Positions 1 to 12,276 of a DNA stretch of 64,000 nt are shown in pieces; position 1 is the first letter of the stretch; every line of letters starts with the position of its first letter. Source of the DNA: Octopus sinensis. Taxonomy: Eukaryota. The stretch spans positions 6,448,001 to 6,512,000 of the forward strand of contig NC_043002.1 of the NCBI RefSeq assembly GCF_006345805.1, written 5' to 3'. Below the pieces are notes generated by a model that searched no databases, was not told the origin of the DNA, and saw nothing but the letters and a program-made list of their open reading frames with translations. Position numbers and translations under genes: made by a program.

Positions 1-712
1 AGCAAGTTGGGGATGAAGATGAGGAGGTGAAGAAGGAGGTGGAGAAGGAGGAGGAAGAGGAGAATAAGAAAGAGGAGGAAGTGGCAGAGGAGAACAAGAG
101 GAAGAAGAAGGAGAGGAGAACGGGAGGAAGAAGGAGGAGGAGGACGACGAGGAAGAAAAGGAGAACGAGGAGAAATAAAAGGAAAAAGAGAAGAAGAAAA
201 AGGAGAAAGAGAAGAAGAACGTGGAGGATGAGGAGGAGGAGAACGGGAGGAAGAAGGAGGAGGACGACGACGAGGAAGAAAAGGAGAACGAGGAGAAAGA
301 GAAGAAGAAGGAAAAGAAAAAAAGAAGAAGAAGAAAGAGAAGAACGTGGAGGATGAGGAGGAGGAGAACGAGAAGAAGAAGAAGAACGTGGAGGATGAGG
401 AGGAGGAGAACGAGAAGAAGAACGTGGAGGATGAGGAGGAGGAGAACGAGAAGAAGAAGAAGGAGGAGGAGGGGAGGAGGGGGAGGAGGAGGAGAACGAT
501 AAGTAGAAGAAGAACGTGGAGGATGAGGAGGAGGAGGAGGAGAAGAAGAAGAAGAAGAAGAAGAAGAAGAAGACGAAGAAGAGAAGAAGAAGAAAGAAGA
601 GGACGAAGAAGAAGAAAGAAAGAAGAAGAAGAAGAAGAAGAAGAAGAAGAAGAAGAAGAAGAAGAAGAAGAAGAAGAAGAAGAAGAAGAAGAAGAAGAAG
701 AAAGCTACGATT
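1..712. repeat. Purine-rich (GAA/GAG)n low-complexity tract with repeated ~35-40 bp subunit
   Basis: Pure (GAA)n near 620-700; unit AAGAACGTGGAGGATGAGGAGGAGGAGAACGAG recurs about 5 times. The Lys/Glu/Arg ORFs here are artefacts. Confidence 0.95.
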
Positions 713-1610
713 TGAGGCCAGTTGAGCACTTTGAGTGACAGTTTAAAGATGTTTCCGTATGTAAGTGCAGCAAACACACGGAGGTATCGTCGTCGTCGTC
801 GTAGTCTCTGCTCTGCAATACAGTTAAGAGCGCTTCGTTCTTTCTCTGTTTTTATTGTGGTAAATATTTTTTGTTTGCCGATGAAATAAACTTTAATAAA
901 AGGATTCTTATCAGCAATTCGATCAAAAACACATAAGATTAATGAAGGAGTGTGTTTAGAACGGAGGGCTAGAGGCACTGTCACCATCCCCTCAAATGAA
1001 ATAATAATAAAATATCAATAACAAAATAACTATTAAAAGTATTTTTCGGATCTTTCTCAAATCATCCTCTGTCTTAAAAGAAGGACACGCTGGATAACGT
1101 ATTTCTAGATATAGAGGGCAGGGTGGCAGGAAAACCTTTTATTGTGGACCCACAATGTAAATAGATAAATTGGAAAGAAAAAAAGGAGAAAAAAAGACAA
1201 AGACACAGAAACAAGGAAAGAAGGAAAGAAAAAGAAAGAAGGAAGGAAAGGAAAAACGCTGAAACATTTAATTGATGTCCGGTGCTTCGGTGCTCGGACA
1301 AGTCTATAAGCGCACTTGAATTAACGAGTAAAATAGTAAGCGATTAGTTACAAAGCAACATGCCGTATAACTAGATCATATCGAAAATAGTCCTTGTTTC
1401 CTTGCACTTATTTTGCTTTATGGAGAGTCTGTAGGTTCCACTGAAATTATTCATTCTGCTTTAAGCGATTTGCCTGATTTATCTGGTTTGTCACTTCACC
1501 TGTCGTTGGACGGGTATTTGCGCAGCTCAAAGGTAATCTAGCCGAAAGAAAAATTGGTTCCACCTACTGACTGTACCGTACTTAACGACTGAGCCAGAAG
1601 GATTAAAGGG

Positions 1611-1843
1611 GGTTAAAGCAGCGAGCTGGCAGAAACGTTAGCACGCCGGGCGAAATGCGTAGCCGTATTTCGTCTGCCGCTACGTTCTGAGTTCAAATTC
1701 TGCTGAGGTCGACTTTGCCTTTCATCCTTTCGGGGTCGATAAATTAAGTACTAGTTACGCACTGGAGTCGATGTAATCGACTTAATCCATTTGTCCTTGC
1801 ATGTCCCCTCTATGTTTAGCCCCTTGTGGGCAATAAAGAAATA
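1611..1843 (+). mobile_element. tRNA-derived SINE, family B
   Basis: GCGAGCTGGCAGAA head, B-box-like GAGTTCAAATTC, central GTCGACTTTGCCTTTCATCCTTTCGGGGTCGATAAA; 15-bp TSD AGAAGGATTAAAGGG at 1596 and 1844; many copies in window. Confidence 0.92.
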
Positions 1844-2281
1844 AGAAGGATTAAAGGGAGTAAAAAACACGACTTCGACCAGATTTGAATCAAAACGCGG
1901 AGAGCGAATGTTATTACGGAAATGTAGTTATCCGACAAGCCGACTCATTTGACTCATGGATGTCTTGTTAGAATATCAAATGCTGCATTACTGGTCTTGA
2001 AAAATCCTTTCGAGTAGGCGCTTGGTGCATAAAGGCACCAAAATATATCGTAGCAGATGGCAATCGTCAGTCATGGCTGTCGGATTCTCATCTGCTACGA
2101 TCTATGCGCGTATATGAGAGGATCTGTCAAGGCTAAAGAAACATCCACGTTAAGTTAGATACAAAGACTACTTTTTGGTATTGTTAGCGCTTCTATCGCT
2201 TATATTTAATATACATACATGCGTACATACACGCACACACACACAAGCACGCACACACACACACACACACAAACACACACA

Positions 2282-2391
<110 letters not shown>

Positions 2392-3094
2392 GTATTAAGT
2401 AAGTATGTATATATATATGTGTGTGTATGTGTGTGTACAAGATGTTTGATACAAAAGGAATGTCTCATTTCATATCTATTTGGAGATAAAAATGATTGTT
2501 TCTCTCATTATACTTCATTTTCTATAGCAGGCTTAACTTTAGGAGACTTCGGCGACAATGCTAATCATCTTGATGATTTGTTGTTTAAGTACAAAGAAAA
2601 CCACTCAAGTAGAAGCGCACGGATGAATGGATGGTCTCCTCTCGAAAATTTATTACAGATACTTCCTGATTCTGGCGGGATCTGAAATGGGAATCGAGAG
2701 AAAAGAGACGAAAATAATTACTGTAAAGTAATTAATTTAGTGCTCTAGCCGTCTTGATAATCTTAATTCTACGATTGATTAAAATCTATTAATTTGCTTA
2801 TCTCAATTATAATTTTATTTCTGAAAATGTTTACATACAATGAATATGTTCTTTTCCAAAGCTATTTTTCTTATTCAAAATTAATCTACTGTGTATTTCA
2901 TAGAATAAGCGTGGGAATTATTCCCTGGTTATATCTCCGCTGGATATATCGACCTTCGGGTGTAAAAGCTGAACACCCACGGATTGAACTTCACCAGTCA
3001 GTGAAGACTTATAAAAGTTGTATAATACTATTCCATTCTGGAACAAAATAACGAAAAGACAGAACATTTGTGGGAAGGTACATGATATACATAT

Positions 3095-3130
<36 letters not shown>

Positions 3131-3239
3131 TTTTCCATCAAAAGTAAATATATATATCTATATATATATATATATATACACACATGTATATATGTATTTG
3201 TATGTTTAAGTGTATATAGATAGGTATGTGTGAGCGTGT

Positions 3240-3385
3240 CTGTATGATTGTGCAAGTAAGAAGTTTGCTTCTCAACCACATGATTTCAGGTTCACTTCCA
3301 CAGCGTGGCACCCTGGGTGAGTGTTTTCTGCTAAGGCCTCGGGCTGATCAAAACTTTGGAGTGGAAACTGAAAAATGACCATCAT
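3240..3385 (+). mobile_element. SINE family A, degraded 5' part
   Basis: Similar to the heads at 22943 and 36265 (AACCACATG...GGTTCA...GCGTGGCACC...GGAAACTGAAA). Confidence 0.7.
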
Positions 3386-3413
3386 ATATTATATATATAT
3401 ATATATATATATA

Positions 3414-3597
3414 CTTTATTTAAAGCAGCAGAAATTCAACAAAACCTGGCCGACGAACGGGAACGTGAAACTCAGAGTTACAGGTTTTGTTGAATTTTCT
3501 GCTGCTTTAAATAAAGCATATTATTACTCTACCACTGGTATTTGAGTACTCTTTTCTCCTCTCCGCCTTGTGTTCACATTATGGTTTTTACCCCGGT
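3414..3597 (+). mobile_element. Short Penelope-pLTR-like hairpin element embedded in (TA)n
   Basis: 35-bp inverted arms 3414-3448/3481-3516 enclose a hammerhead-like core; both ends abut (TA)n. Confidence 0.6.
3445..3484 (+). ncRNA. Candidate minimal type-I hammerhead (CCGACGA core)
   Basis: CCTG-G-CCGACGA-ACG-GGAA-CGT-GAAA-CTCAGAG-TT-A-CAGG; stems I-III in hammerhead order, mismatch at the core-proximal stem I pair. Confidence 0.5.
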
Positions 3598-4074
3598 ATA
3601 TATTATATATATAATATATATATATATAGAGATATATATATATGTTATATATTATATATATATATATAATATATATATATACATGTGTGTGTGGTGTGTG
3701 TGTGTGTGTGTGTGTGTGTGTTGCCTTTGCGTCACGCCAATAAAATAAGTAGCAGCCTGATAAGAAATACATAAGTACTGAGGCCCAGCCGTTCGACTGA
3801 AATTTTTCAAGCCAGAGCCTCATAGCGAACAACATACACAAACACTGGTATATCAAATTCTATACAACATAATTTCTTGATATACTAGGTTGTAACAAAA
3901 GTGCTGTTCGTTTTGGGTTTTTTTTTAAAGTAAATTGTTTAAAGGTGTTTAACTTTTGAATTCTATTTGAAATACGAAATCATTAATATTTCATTTTCAA
4001 TCAGCTTTTTTCAATTTTTTCATAATTTCACCCAACTAATTATGGTCACAGACGTAACTATGAGATTCAAATAT

Positions 4075-4451
4075 GGAAGCACTCCGTCGGTTACGACGAC
4101 GAGGGTTCCGGTTGATCCGATCAACGGAACAGCCTGCACGTGAAATTAACGTGTAAGTGGCTGAGCACTCCACAGACACGTGTACCCTTAACGTAGTTCT
4201 CGGGGATATTCAGCGTGACACAGAGAGTGACAAGGCCGGCCCTTTGAAATACAGGTACAACAGAAACAGGAAGTAAGAGTGAGAGAAAGTTGTGGTGAAA
4301 GAGTACAGCAGGATTCACTACCACCCCCTGTCGGAGCATCGTGGAACTTTTAGGTGCTTTCGCTCAATAAACACAACGCCCAGTCTGGGAATCGAAACCG
4401 CGATCCTACGACCGCGAGTCCGCTGCCCTAACCACTGGGCCATTGCGCCTC
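4075..4451 (-). mobile_element. tRNA(Arg-like)-derived SINE, family C, tail type 1
   Basis: Minus head GAGGCGCAATGGCCCAGTGGTTAGGGCAGCGGACTCGCGGTCG...GTTTCGATTCCC; 12-bp TSD AGATTCAAATAT at 4063 and 4452. Confidence 0.92.
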
Positions 4452-4749
4452 AGATTCAAATATATAATACCGACCAAAGTGATAGATGCAGATCTACCGC
4501 AGCTTCATAGCACCTCGGACAAGTCTCGTACAAGACTTGTGAATGAAGCTTGACGTACGTAAACAGTGTGGATTTCTGTCTGTATAATAGTTCTAGGGTA
4601 TTGCACAGATAGGTAACCCGGTTGATGTATATGGATATTGTATGTGTATATTCATTTATATGTTCATAATTATACGTATAAACTCATTTTAAATACCTGA
4701 TACGAATGTCTTCGACGACTATTTCTCGGCCTACTCTGTATCCGATTAT

Positions 4750-4890
4750 ACAGGTGGCACGGAAAGGGAAGGTCGGTATGCAGGGTCGATTGCTGGCCTT
4801 CCATAAATAAATTTGACCGGACTTGTGCCTCGGTAGGGAACTTTCTAGTCACAGTCCCATGGTCATTCATGACCAAAAGGGGTCATTTTA
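4750..4890 (+). mobile_element. SINE family D, 3' fragment
   Basis: Reverse-complement match to 15305-15420 (TTCCATAAA...ACTTGT...AACTTTCTAG...CAT..TCAT..GACC). Confidence 0.7.
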
Positions 4891-4909
4891 TGTATATTTA
4901 CATACATGG

Positions 4910-4951
<42 letters not shown>

Positions 4952-5028
4952 ATAATACAGTAACTGTTTCTTATCAGGAACAAATGTTTAATAGGACTGC
5001 TATAGAAGTGCTCAATTAAATGAGACAA

Positions 5029-5484
5029 ATATATTAAACTGTGGTTGCAGAACAAACAAATACAGGGTCATCCACCTAACATTTCATATCTCGAACATTT
5101 AATCACATAATGCATTTTCCTTTCACATAGAATATACATGTATAACATCACAGAAGATGCAACACAATTCATCAGTACAAGCGTATAAGAAAATACAAGA
5201 AAAATGCGTGAATACAGTTCATCTCGGTTAAAAGTTAACGATTAATACTTTAGCGATTATACATATATTAATCGTTAACTTTTAACCTAGATGAACTGTA
5301 TTCATGCATTTTTCTTGTATTTTCTTATACGCTTGTACTGATGAATTATGTTGCATCTTCTGTGATGTTATACATGTATATTCTATGTGAAAGGAAAATG
5401 CATTATGTGATTAAATGTTCGAGATATGAAATGTTACGTGGATGACCCTGTATTTGTTTGTTCTGCAACTACAGTTTAATATAT
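5029..5484. repeat. Long near-perfect palindrome (~219-bp arms, 18-bp loop)
   Basis: 5029-5247 is the reverse complement of 5266-5484 with only a few mismatches; right arm ends in (TA)n. Confidence 0.95.
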
Positions 5485-5495
5485 ATATATATATA

Positions 5496-5852
5496 TACGG
5501 AGATGTACTTGCATAGCGAGTGACTTGATCTGAGATCGTGTGCTGGAACGAAAACAATTGCAGCGTGGAATGTGTTTCTAAGCCATTTAAGAAACACACA
5601 GAAACCGTTAGATTCACTTCAACATTTAAATTTAATTTGTCAAAATATTTCGTCTCTTTGAGACGGCGACCTGTTCACTGACAAAACTTCGTGCTGCATG
5701 TGTCTGTGTGTGTATGCATGTACATATATATGTATATGTGTGGAGGCCGACGAAAATATTTTGACAAATTAAATTTAAATGTTGAAGTGAATCTAACGGT
5801 TTTTGTGTGTTTCTTAAATGGCTTATAAAAAACCTTCCACGCTGCAATTGTT
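5496..5852 (-). mobile_element. Fold-back element with unique tail, copy 1 (Penelope-pLTR-like)
   Basis: Same family as 10294-10633 in the opposite orientation; tail TACGGAGATGTAC... abuts (TA)n; centre interrupted by TG/TA repeat. Confidence 0.85.
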
Positions 5853-5854
5853 TA

Positions 5855-5942
<88 letters not shown>
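5855..5942. repeat. (TATC)n microsatellite
   Basis: Direct inspection. Confidence 0.98.
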
Positions 5943-6065
5943 ATCTGTCTGTATATATATAATATATAAATAATATATATGTGTGTGTATGTGTGTGTAT
6001 GTTGGTTGTAGGTGTTGTGTGTGTGTGAGTGTGTACACAGACACACAGGCACACGGACACACACG

Positions 6066-6127
<62 letters not shown>

Positions 6128-6432
6128 ATGGCAGTCTCACGTATTCCGTGAAAGATGGCTCCACAAATTCTTGTGAAACGACTGACATAAATCTTTCGTG
6201 TATATTGATCAAAACGTTATACTGTTTGTTAGGCCACTCATTCCATCAAATCCATCTTTGTCTGAACAAGGTGCACTGTGTACCACACGTCAGGTGTAAA
6301 CGTGCTGCAGATTAGCGTGAGGTGATGTGGCTTGTTCAAGAAGACAACGCACCGCTGGGCCACGTGCCCCCACAAATATACATATATATGTACATGCATA
6401 CACACACATATATACACACATACACACATGTA

Positions 6433-6587
6433 TACTCTTTTACTCTTTTACTTGTTTCAGTCATTTGACTGCGGCCATGCTGGAGCATCGCCTTTAGTCG
6501 AGCAAATCGACCCCGGAACTTATTCTTTGTAAGCCCAGTACTTATTCTATCGGTCTCTTTTGCCGAACCGCTAAGTGACGGGGACAT
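6433..6587 (-). mobile_element. SINE family A, 3' fragment
   Basis: ACTCTTTTACTTGTTTCAGTCATTTGACTGCGGCCATGCTGGAGC matches 14785 and 17890 copies. Confidence 0.9.
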
Positions 6588-7307
6588 GTATGTATATAAG
6601 TATTTGTGTATATATATAAGTATGCATATACACACATATATACACACACATACACACATGTATGTATATAAGTACTTGTGTATATATGTAAGTATGCATA
6701 CACACACAGACGCATATATGCAAATACACATAATCGCTTTGAAGAATTGTAAAAATGTCAACGCTACTTTCTTTTGCTGCAGTACAATCCGTTATAATTA
6801 TAATGGACGGGAACGAAAACATTGCTGATTCAATTATGTTTTTGAAATATTCTGATTTCCTGTTACAACTAGTATTTATTTTAGAATTATAATTCAGTAC
6901 CTTTCCTGTTCTTCAGTTGCAGTTGTTTTCAAATATATTACAATATTTCATTAACGTCACTTCCTATCAAATGAATTTAAAAGTCACTCTGTTCAACTCT
7001 GTTAATTGTCATATTTCCTCCACCAGTTTATATGGAATAACATTTTCGATTCTCCATTTATACTTCCTGGCTAATGTTTAATCCCTTCCTTTACAGAATC
7101 AGCATTAGAATTACTTAACTGTATATGTGTATGTGTATATGGATATTTGTATGAATGTGCGTATGTATGCATGCATGTATGTAAATATGTATGTATGTAA
7201 GACAAGAAACGATTGTAGTGGCGGTTTTTTTGACTATTTATTAAATTTTATGTATTGATTAAGTCTTTCCTTGTTTGTTTTGCAAAATAGTGGTTTTGTC
7301 TCAAATA

Positions 7308-7344
<37 letters not shown>

Positions 7345-7352
<8 letters not shown>

Positions 7353-7500
7353 TACATATATAATGTACTGTTCTGTGATTGAAAGGTCAACAAAAAAAGC
7401 ACTCCATCTTGTGAGAGATAAATATTATTTATTTAAAGGACATAATACATAGTTTCATATGTTGAGAAATATCTCAGACGTATTCATCAGGCACGAACCA
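7345..7500 (-). mobile_element. Penelope pLTR-like remnant with degenerate CUGAUGA hammerhead
   Basis: Minus: CTGATGA-stem II (TGAGA-TATT-TCTCA)-GAAAC-TAT-GTA, then AATAAA and a (TA)n anchor; stem I not recoverable. Confidence 0.45.
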
Positions 7501-7637
7501 CATATCATAACGAACTAAAAAAAAAGTGAAGAAACGCAAAAAAGCTGAGAAAGCAGTATGTAGGCCTTAAATTATAGGGCTGAAAGAGAGCAACAAGTTA
7601 ATCAGACATAGGGGGAATTTCCCAATTCTTCAAAGTA

Positions 7638-8020
7638 TCTCTCTCTATATAAACGGCAGTTTGTCTGTCTGCGTGTCTGTGTGTCTGTTAGGTTGTACCC
7701 TCACCCTGACCACGGCTTTCAACCGTTTCGGATGAAACTTGACACACACATAGCCCAATGTCATAATTCAAAACTAACGCAGCGAAAATTTTGAAAAGTT
7801 CCCCCAGTTCTGAAAAAAATCGATAAATTCGACATGGGGTCGAGAATCAGAAACACAAACCACAGACTGTCTAGGGAACGCAACTCGACCTTTTTAACTC
7901 TCAAAAAAATTTACCATCATTTTTTTCCCATTTTTTTGCTATTTTTTGGCTATAATTCTCTAAAAATGCTCTATAGTTATTTCCCTTACAAACCCGAGCA
8001 ACGCCGGGCGATACTGCTAG
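7638..8020 (+). mobile_element. Non-autonomous Helitron
   Basis: A|TC start, TATATAAA plus GTCT repeats, 3' hairpin CCCG-AGCAACGC-CGGG and CTAG|T end; same 3' end at 19920. Confidence 0.85.
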
Positions 8021-8029
8021 TATAGTATA

Positions 8030-8470
8030 TTTTACACATGTCTGCAATCGCTGAAAATTGCAGCCGAGAGTTCAGTTGAGAATTAGAGGTATTGGATCTG
8101 AAAAGGATCGGAACTCTTTCAGCTAGACATAGCCTACATTTATTTGATACGTTCATATAAGGTGTGGATTTCTCAATTATTTTACACATTAATTATACGC
8201 GCGTTTCGTTTGCTTTCAAACTCCATACGTGGCAACTCAACTTAGTAGCTTTGCTTTTGTCCTTAAGTCCGAAAGAGGATATGCCATTGGCGTAGCGATT
8301 TTTAAATTCTCCTTCACATAATCCAATATAGGTCTTCCCAGTTATTGCATTATCATTTAGCGATGCAGTAATTTCAGCGTCATATACGACAAATTTAATA
8401 ACACATGGGTCGCAATACTTACAACTGGATTTAGGCTCTTAGTATTGACCTTGTGTAATGATACTCTTCA
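8030..8470 (-). pseudogene. Penelope-like GIY-YIG endonuclease fragment (probably Naiad-type)
   Basis: Minus frame FVVYDAEITA...GKTYIGLCEGEFKNRY...KLSCHVWSLK*...KCRLCLAER...LNSR; internal stop. Confidence 0.8.
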
Positions 8471-8579
8471 AATTGAGATAGCAGCTATATGATAATTTCA
8501 CAGAAGGCCTATTAAAGGGCACAATACATCTCTTTAAGTGCTACTAATAGCTTCATATGTGGAGAAGATGATATGTGCG

Positions 8580-9500
8580 GACGGTAGTCTGCTTCGTGTA
8601 ATTCCTTCCTGTTGTTAATGACCGGTTTCAATTTGTTTATCAGGAGGGTTTCCTTAATCCTGATATTGCTCCTGTTGCTTTGAGTGGTCTTCATGAAAAC
8701 CTTGACGTTCCCGGTTTGGCACTTCTTGATGTGTTTCTTCATCGAAGTGTCTATTTGCATGTGCTTCTTTATACGGATGTGTAGTTTTCTAGGGGTGCTC
8801 CCTATGAAGGATGCTCCACATTGATTGCAGGCTACCTTATAAACTACATAGTCCCTGGAGCATGGTGTAGTTAGTGAGTGTGCTCCCCACGGGGGTTCTC
8901 TGTGGTGGTTTTCCTCGACAGAACTTTCCTCAAGGAAGTGTATTTTTTGGTATTTTGTCCTGTACTTATCTTTCGTGAGTTTACGTGTTTTTCGCTCGTT
9001 GGTGATATCCTGTACTTAATGTGTATCTTTTATTTATTTATAATCGAACGCCATGCAGCCTTTTCCACTTTAAGTTCTTACATTTATTTATAATTTCTGC
9101 GACGCCACACTCTGTTTTCTTCCTTTCTCTCTAGCCCATTATAATCCTCTTTATTTCTGTTTCTCCCCCTCTTTCTTTGCTGTTCCCTGACTGTCTTTCG
9201 TCCACTCCCTACCATCTCTTCCGTTCCTTCTCCCTTCTCCACACTTCATTTGTTTCTTTCCCTCATATTCTCTCTTGTCCTCCTTTCCCTCTGCCTGTTT
9301 ATTCACATTTGATTGAGGCCATTTCTCTCACCTTTGTCTTTCCGGACGTGGCCTCCATCTAGCTGGACGACATTTCCCTCGCCTCCGGGTATGTTTTTTC
9401 TTCTATTTTCTTCTCTTCTGTTTATTCTATATCCTTTCAAAATTTCTCCCAGCCGTTACCCCTTACAATGCGACTTGGCCTAACGGCCCTTTATGTTTAT
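8580..9500 (-). pseudogene. Second Penelope-like element: GIY-YIG domain plus degraded upstream region
   Basis: VVYKVACNQCGASFIGSTPRKLHIRIKKH...KKHIKKC...KETLLINKLKPVIN; upstream boundary uncertain. Confidence 0.75.
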
Positions 9501-10293
9501 CTTCGTCGATTGTTTACACTGTACATCCTCTCTGTTGCTGTTTGTTCCTTCGAAGCACTAACTCTCCTCAAATTTTATACTTTAAAATTTTCTGTATGCT
9601 CGAAATAGGGAGCAATAAACAGTCGACAACTGAGGAGAAGTTAGACTTTTGGTATTTTGTCCCGTACTTTGTCCCGTATATGTTTACGTATTTTTCACTC
9701 GTTGTTGATTTCCTGTTCATATTGTGTATGTTTTGGTATTTTGTCTCGTGTGTTTCCGTGTTTTAGCTCGTTGCTGTTGTCCTGTCCTTAATGTGTATTT
9801 TTTTAATTATTTGTAATCGAGCGCCACACTGTATTACATCGTATTAAAATAAAAGCTACTAATAGCTTTGTTGCCGTTGAGACACAAAGTACGTTATAAA
9901 AATCTGCCTAAGCACGTGTTGTTAGTGGCTCTCATTATAATACAGTTTACATTAAATATCTATCTCACTGGATGCAATACTTTTCAATGCACTCCAACAC
10001 ATGTTTTTTTAGTGACCACCTCACTACATTGTAGCAATTCATCATTCAAGGTGAATGCTCCCTGAGGTTATTTGCTCTTGAAGTAGTGTGTCCCTTCGAG
10101 TTCCGACTGTGGAACTGCTTATGAATGTTTCATCATAAGGTCAGGATTGTTATAATAAGTATTGAAATGCGATAGAGTCAAGTACTATACTGTTATGTAC
10201 AATAAATTTCGTTTCCATGTAATCCAAGCGAAATACCTTTGAAAACCCTATAACAAAAGAATACATGCATTTGTAGAGAAACATATAAAACAG

Positions 10294-10633
10294 AACAATT
10301 GAAGCGTGGAAGGTGTTTATAAGCCATTTAAGAAACACACAAAATCCGTTAGATTCACTTCAACATTTAAATTTAATTTGTCAAAATATTTTTGTCGCTT
10401 TGAGACCGCGACCTGTTCACAGACAAAATTCCGTGCTGCATCTTTGTCAGTGAACAGGTCGCAGTCTCAAAGCGACGAAAATATTTTGACAAATTAAATT
10501 TAAATGTTGAAGTGAATCTAACGGATTTTGTGTGTTTCTTAAATGGCTTATAAACACCTTCCACGCTTCAATTGATTTCGTTCCAGCACACGATCTCAGA
10601 TCAAGTCACTCGCTATGCAAGTACATCTCCGTA
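10294..10633 (+). mobile_element. Fold-back element with unique tail, copy 2
   Basis: ~135-bp inverted arms around loop TTCCGTGCTGCATC; ~55-bp tail ending ACATCTCCGTA. Confidence 0.85.
10443..10493 (+). ncRNA. Candidate type-I hammerhead with G3-C8 swapped core
   Basis: TTTGTCA-GTGAACA-G-GTCGC-loop-GCGAC-GAA-AATATT-T-TGACAAA. Confidence 0.5.
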
Positions 10634-11312
10634 AAATATAATATTTCACCTATAAGTTAAGTGTCTTTGCCATGAACACAACTCATTCATTTCGCAATAC
10701 GAACAATTGACTTTTAGCACTACAGTTCGGTATCCAGTAAAATGGCAGTATTTTAACTCTCAATAAAATAGAAAAAAAAATCTCTGCTTTTTATGCGGTA
10801 ACGCTGCGATCCGAAAGTCCTGAAACGTAGCTTGTGATCCATGATACATGATTACAAAAGTAAAGCATGAATTCAAGCACGACAACCATACACTTATCAG
10901 TATTGCATGAGATGCACTTAAATGTTTCCTCTAGATATTTCGGTGATATTTTTGGACATCCTAATATTCACCTTGCAAGAAGTTCTAGAACAATGTTTTG
11001 AATTAATGGCCAAGACATTGAGACACGAAGCCGGAAACAGCGAATATTTTACGATATCGAACGGAGTTGATACGAAAACAAAACTATGGCAGTTTCAGTT
11101 GAGAAATTTTGTCTACTTTCTTCTTCTTCTTCATATTTTCAGTGACATACCAATTCTTTTACAGCTTTCTTCCTCTCTCTCTCCCTTTCTCTCCCCCTCT
11201 CTCCCCACCTCTCTCTATCTGGCTATCTCTTTCTCCCTCTTTCCATCTCTCCCAATCTCTTCCTCACTATCTTTCTCTCTTTGTCTTAATATATTTGTGC
11301 GTTTGTGTGCAT

Positions 11313-11363
<51 letters not shown>

Positions 11364-11876
11364 TACACACACACATACTCACACACACATACAGGCAAAC
11401 ACGCACTTACATACACACACACACACTCTCTCTCTCTGCTTCCTTCACTATCTGTCTCTCTTTGTCTTAATATATGTGCGTATGTGTGCATTTACACACA
11501 CATACACAGAGGCAAACACGCACTTACATACACACAAACACACTCTCTTTCTCTCTCTCTCTCTCACACACACAGACGCACACTCTTTCTCTCTCTCTCT
11601 CTTTCTCTCACACACACACACACATGTGTATTAGCTTCTTTTACTACCGCTTTAATTCTGCGTATCATATTTCGCATGAAAAGTCGATAAAAGACCTGCG
11701 TGAAGCTTCTATTCAATTCTCCGATAACAAATAAGTTATAACATACAGTCTGTTGCTTTCTTCCAACGATTTCCTTTAATTTTTCGCAGAAGCAAAATAC
11801 TTTGGTCACAAATAAGTATGTTATCACAACACAACAGGCAGTAATATATATATATATAATATATATATATATATAT

Positions 11877-11922
<46 letters not shown>

Positions 11923-12276
11923 CATGTATATAAATATTCTTTTCAGTCTCCAGTAAAATTTACAACAGTCTTTCAATAAGGCTAAATATTCTGTGACCTG
12001 ACCAATTTTAAGTCATTTATCATGTTTTCCTTGGTCAACCGTATTGCTTAATAACCTATTGCGATAAGACCTCAAGAAAGGTCACATTTTTCTTTGTCAT
12101 TTTATAAATAGCTAACACGAAAGAATATGACATACAGAAGAAAAAAGAACATTTTTTAAATATATATATATATATATATATATATGGTGTATCCCATAAA
12201 ATTACTAGAAATAATTTGTAAATATTATGTTGCTTAAATAATCTTTTTTTTTCGTTTATTAATTATAATTTATTTT

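Noticed and set aside
27-738. Lys/Glu/Arg-rich ORFs
   Set aside because: Translations of (GAA/GAG)n; open in several frames with no unique content.
1431-1532. Plus-strand AG...GT segment with open frame STEIIHSALSDLP...RSSK
   Set aside because: Weak acceptor, no recognisable homology, and phase does not join the next candidate at 2525.
2525-2690. Possible exon on either strand
   Set aside because: Acceptor-like sites on both strands but no donor or recognisable peptide.
5338-5436. CTGATGA...GAAA inside the large palindrome as a hammerhead
   Set aside because: No stem I complement and poor stem II.
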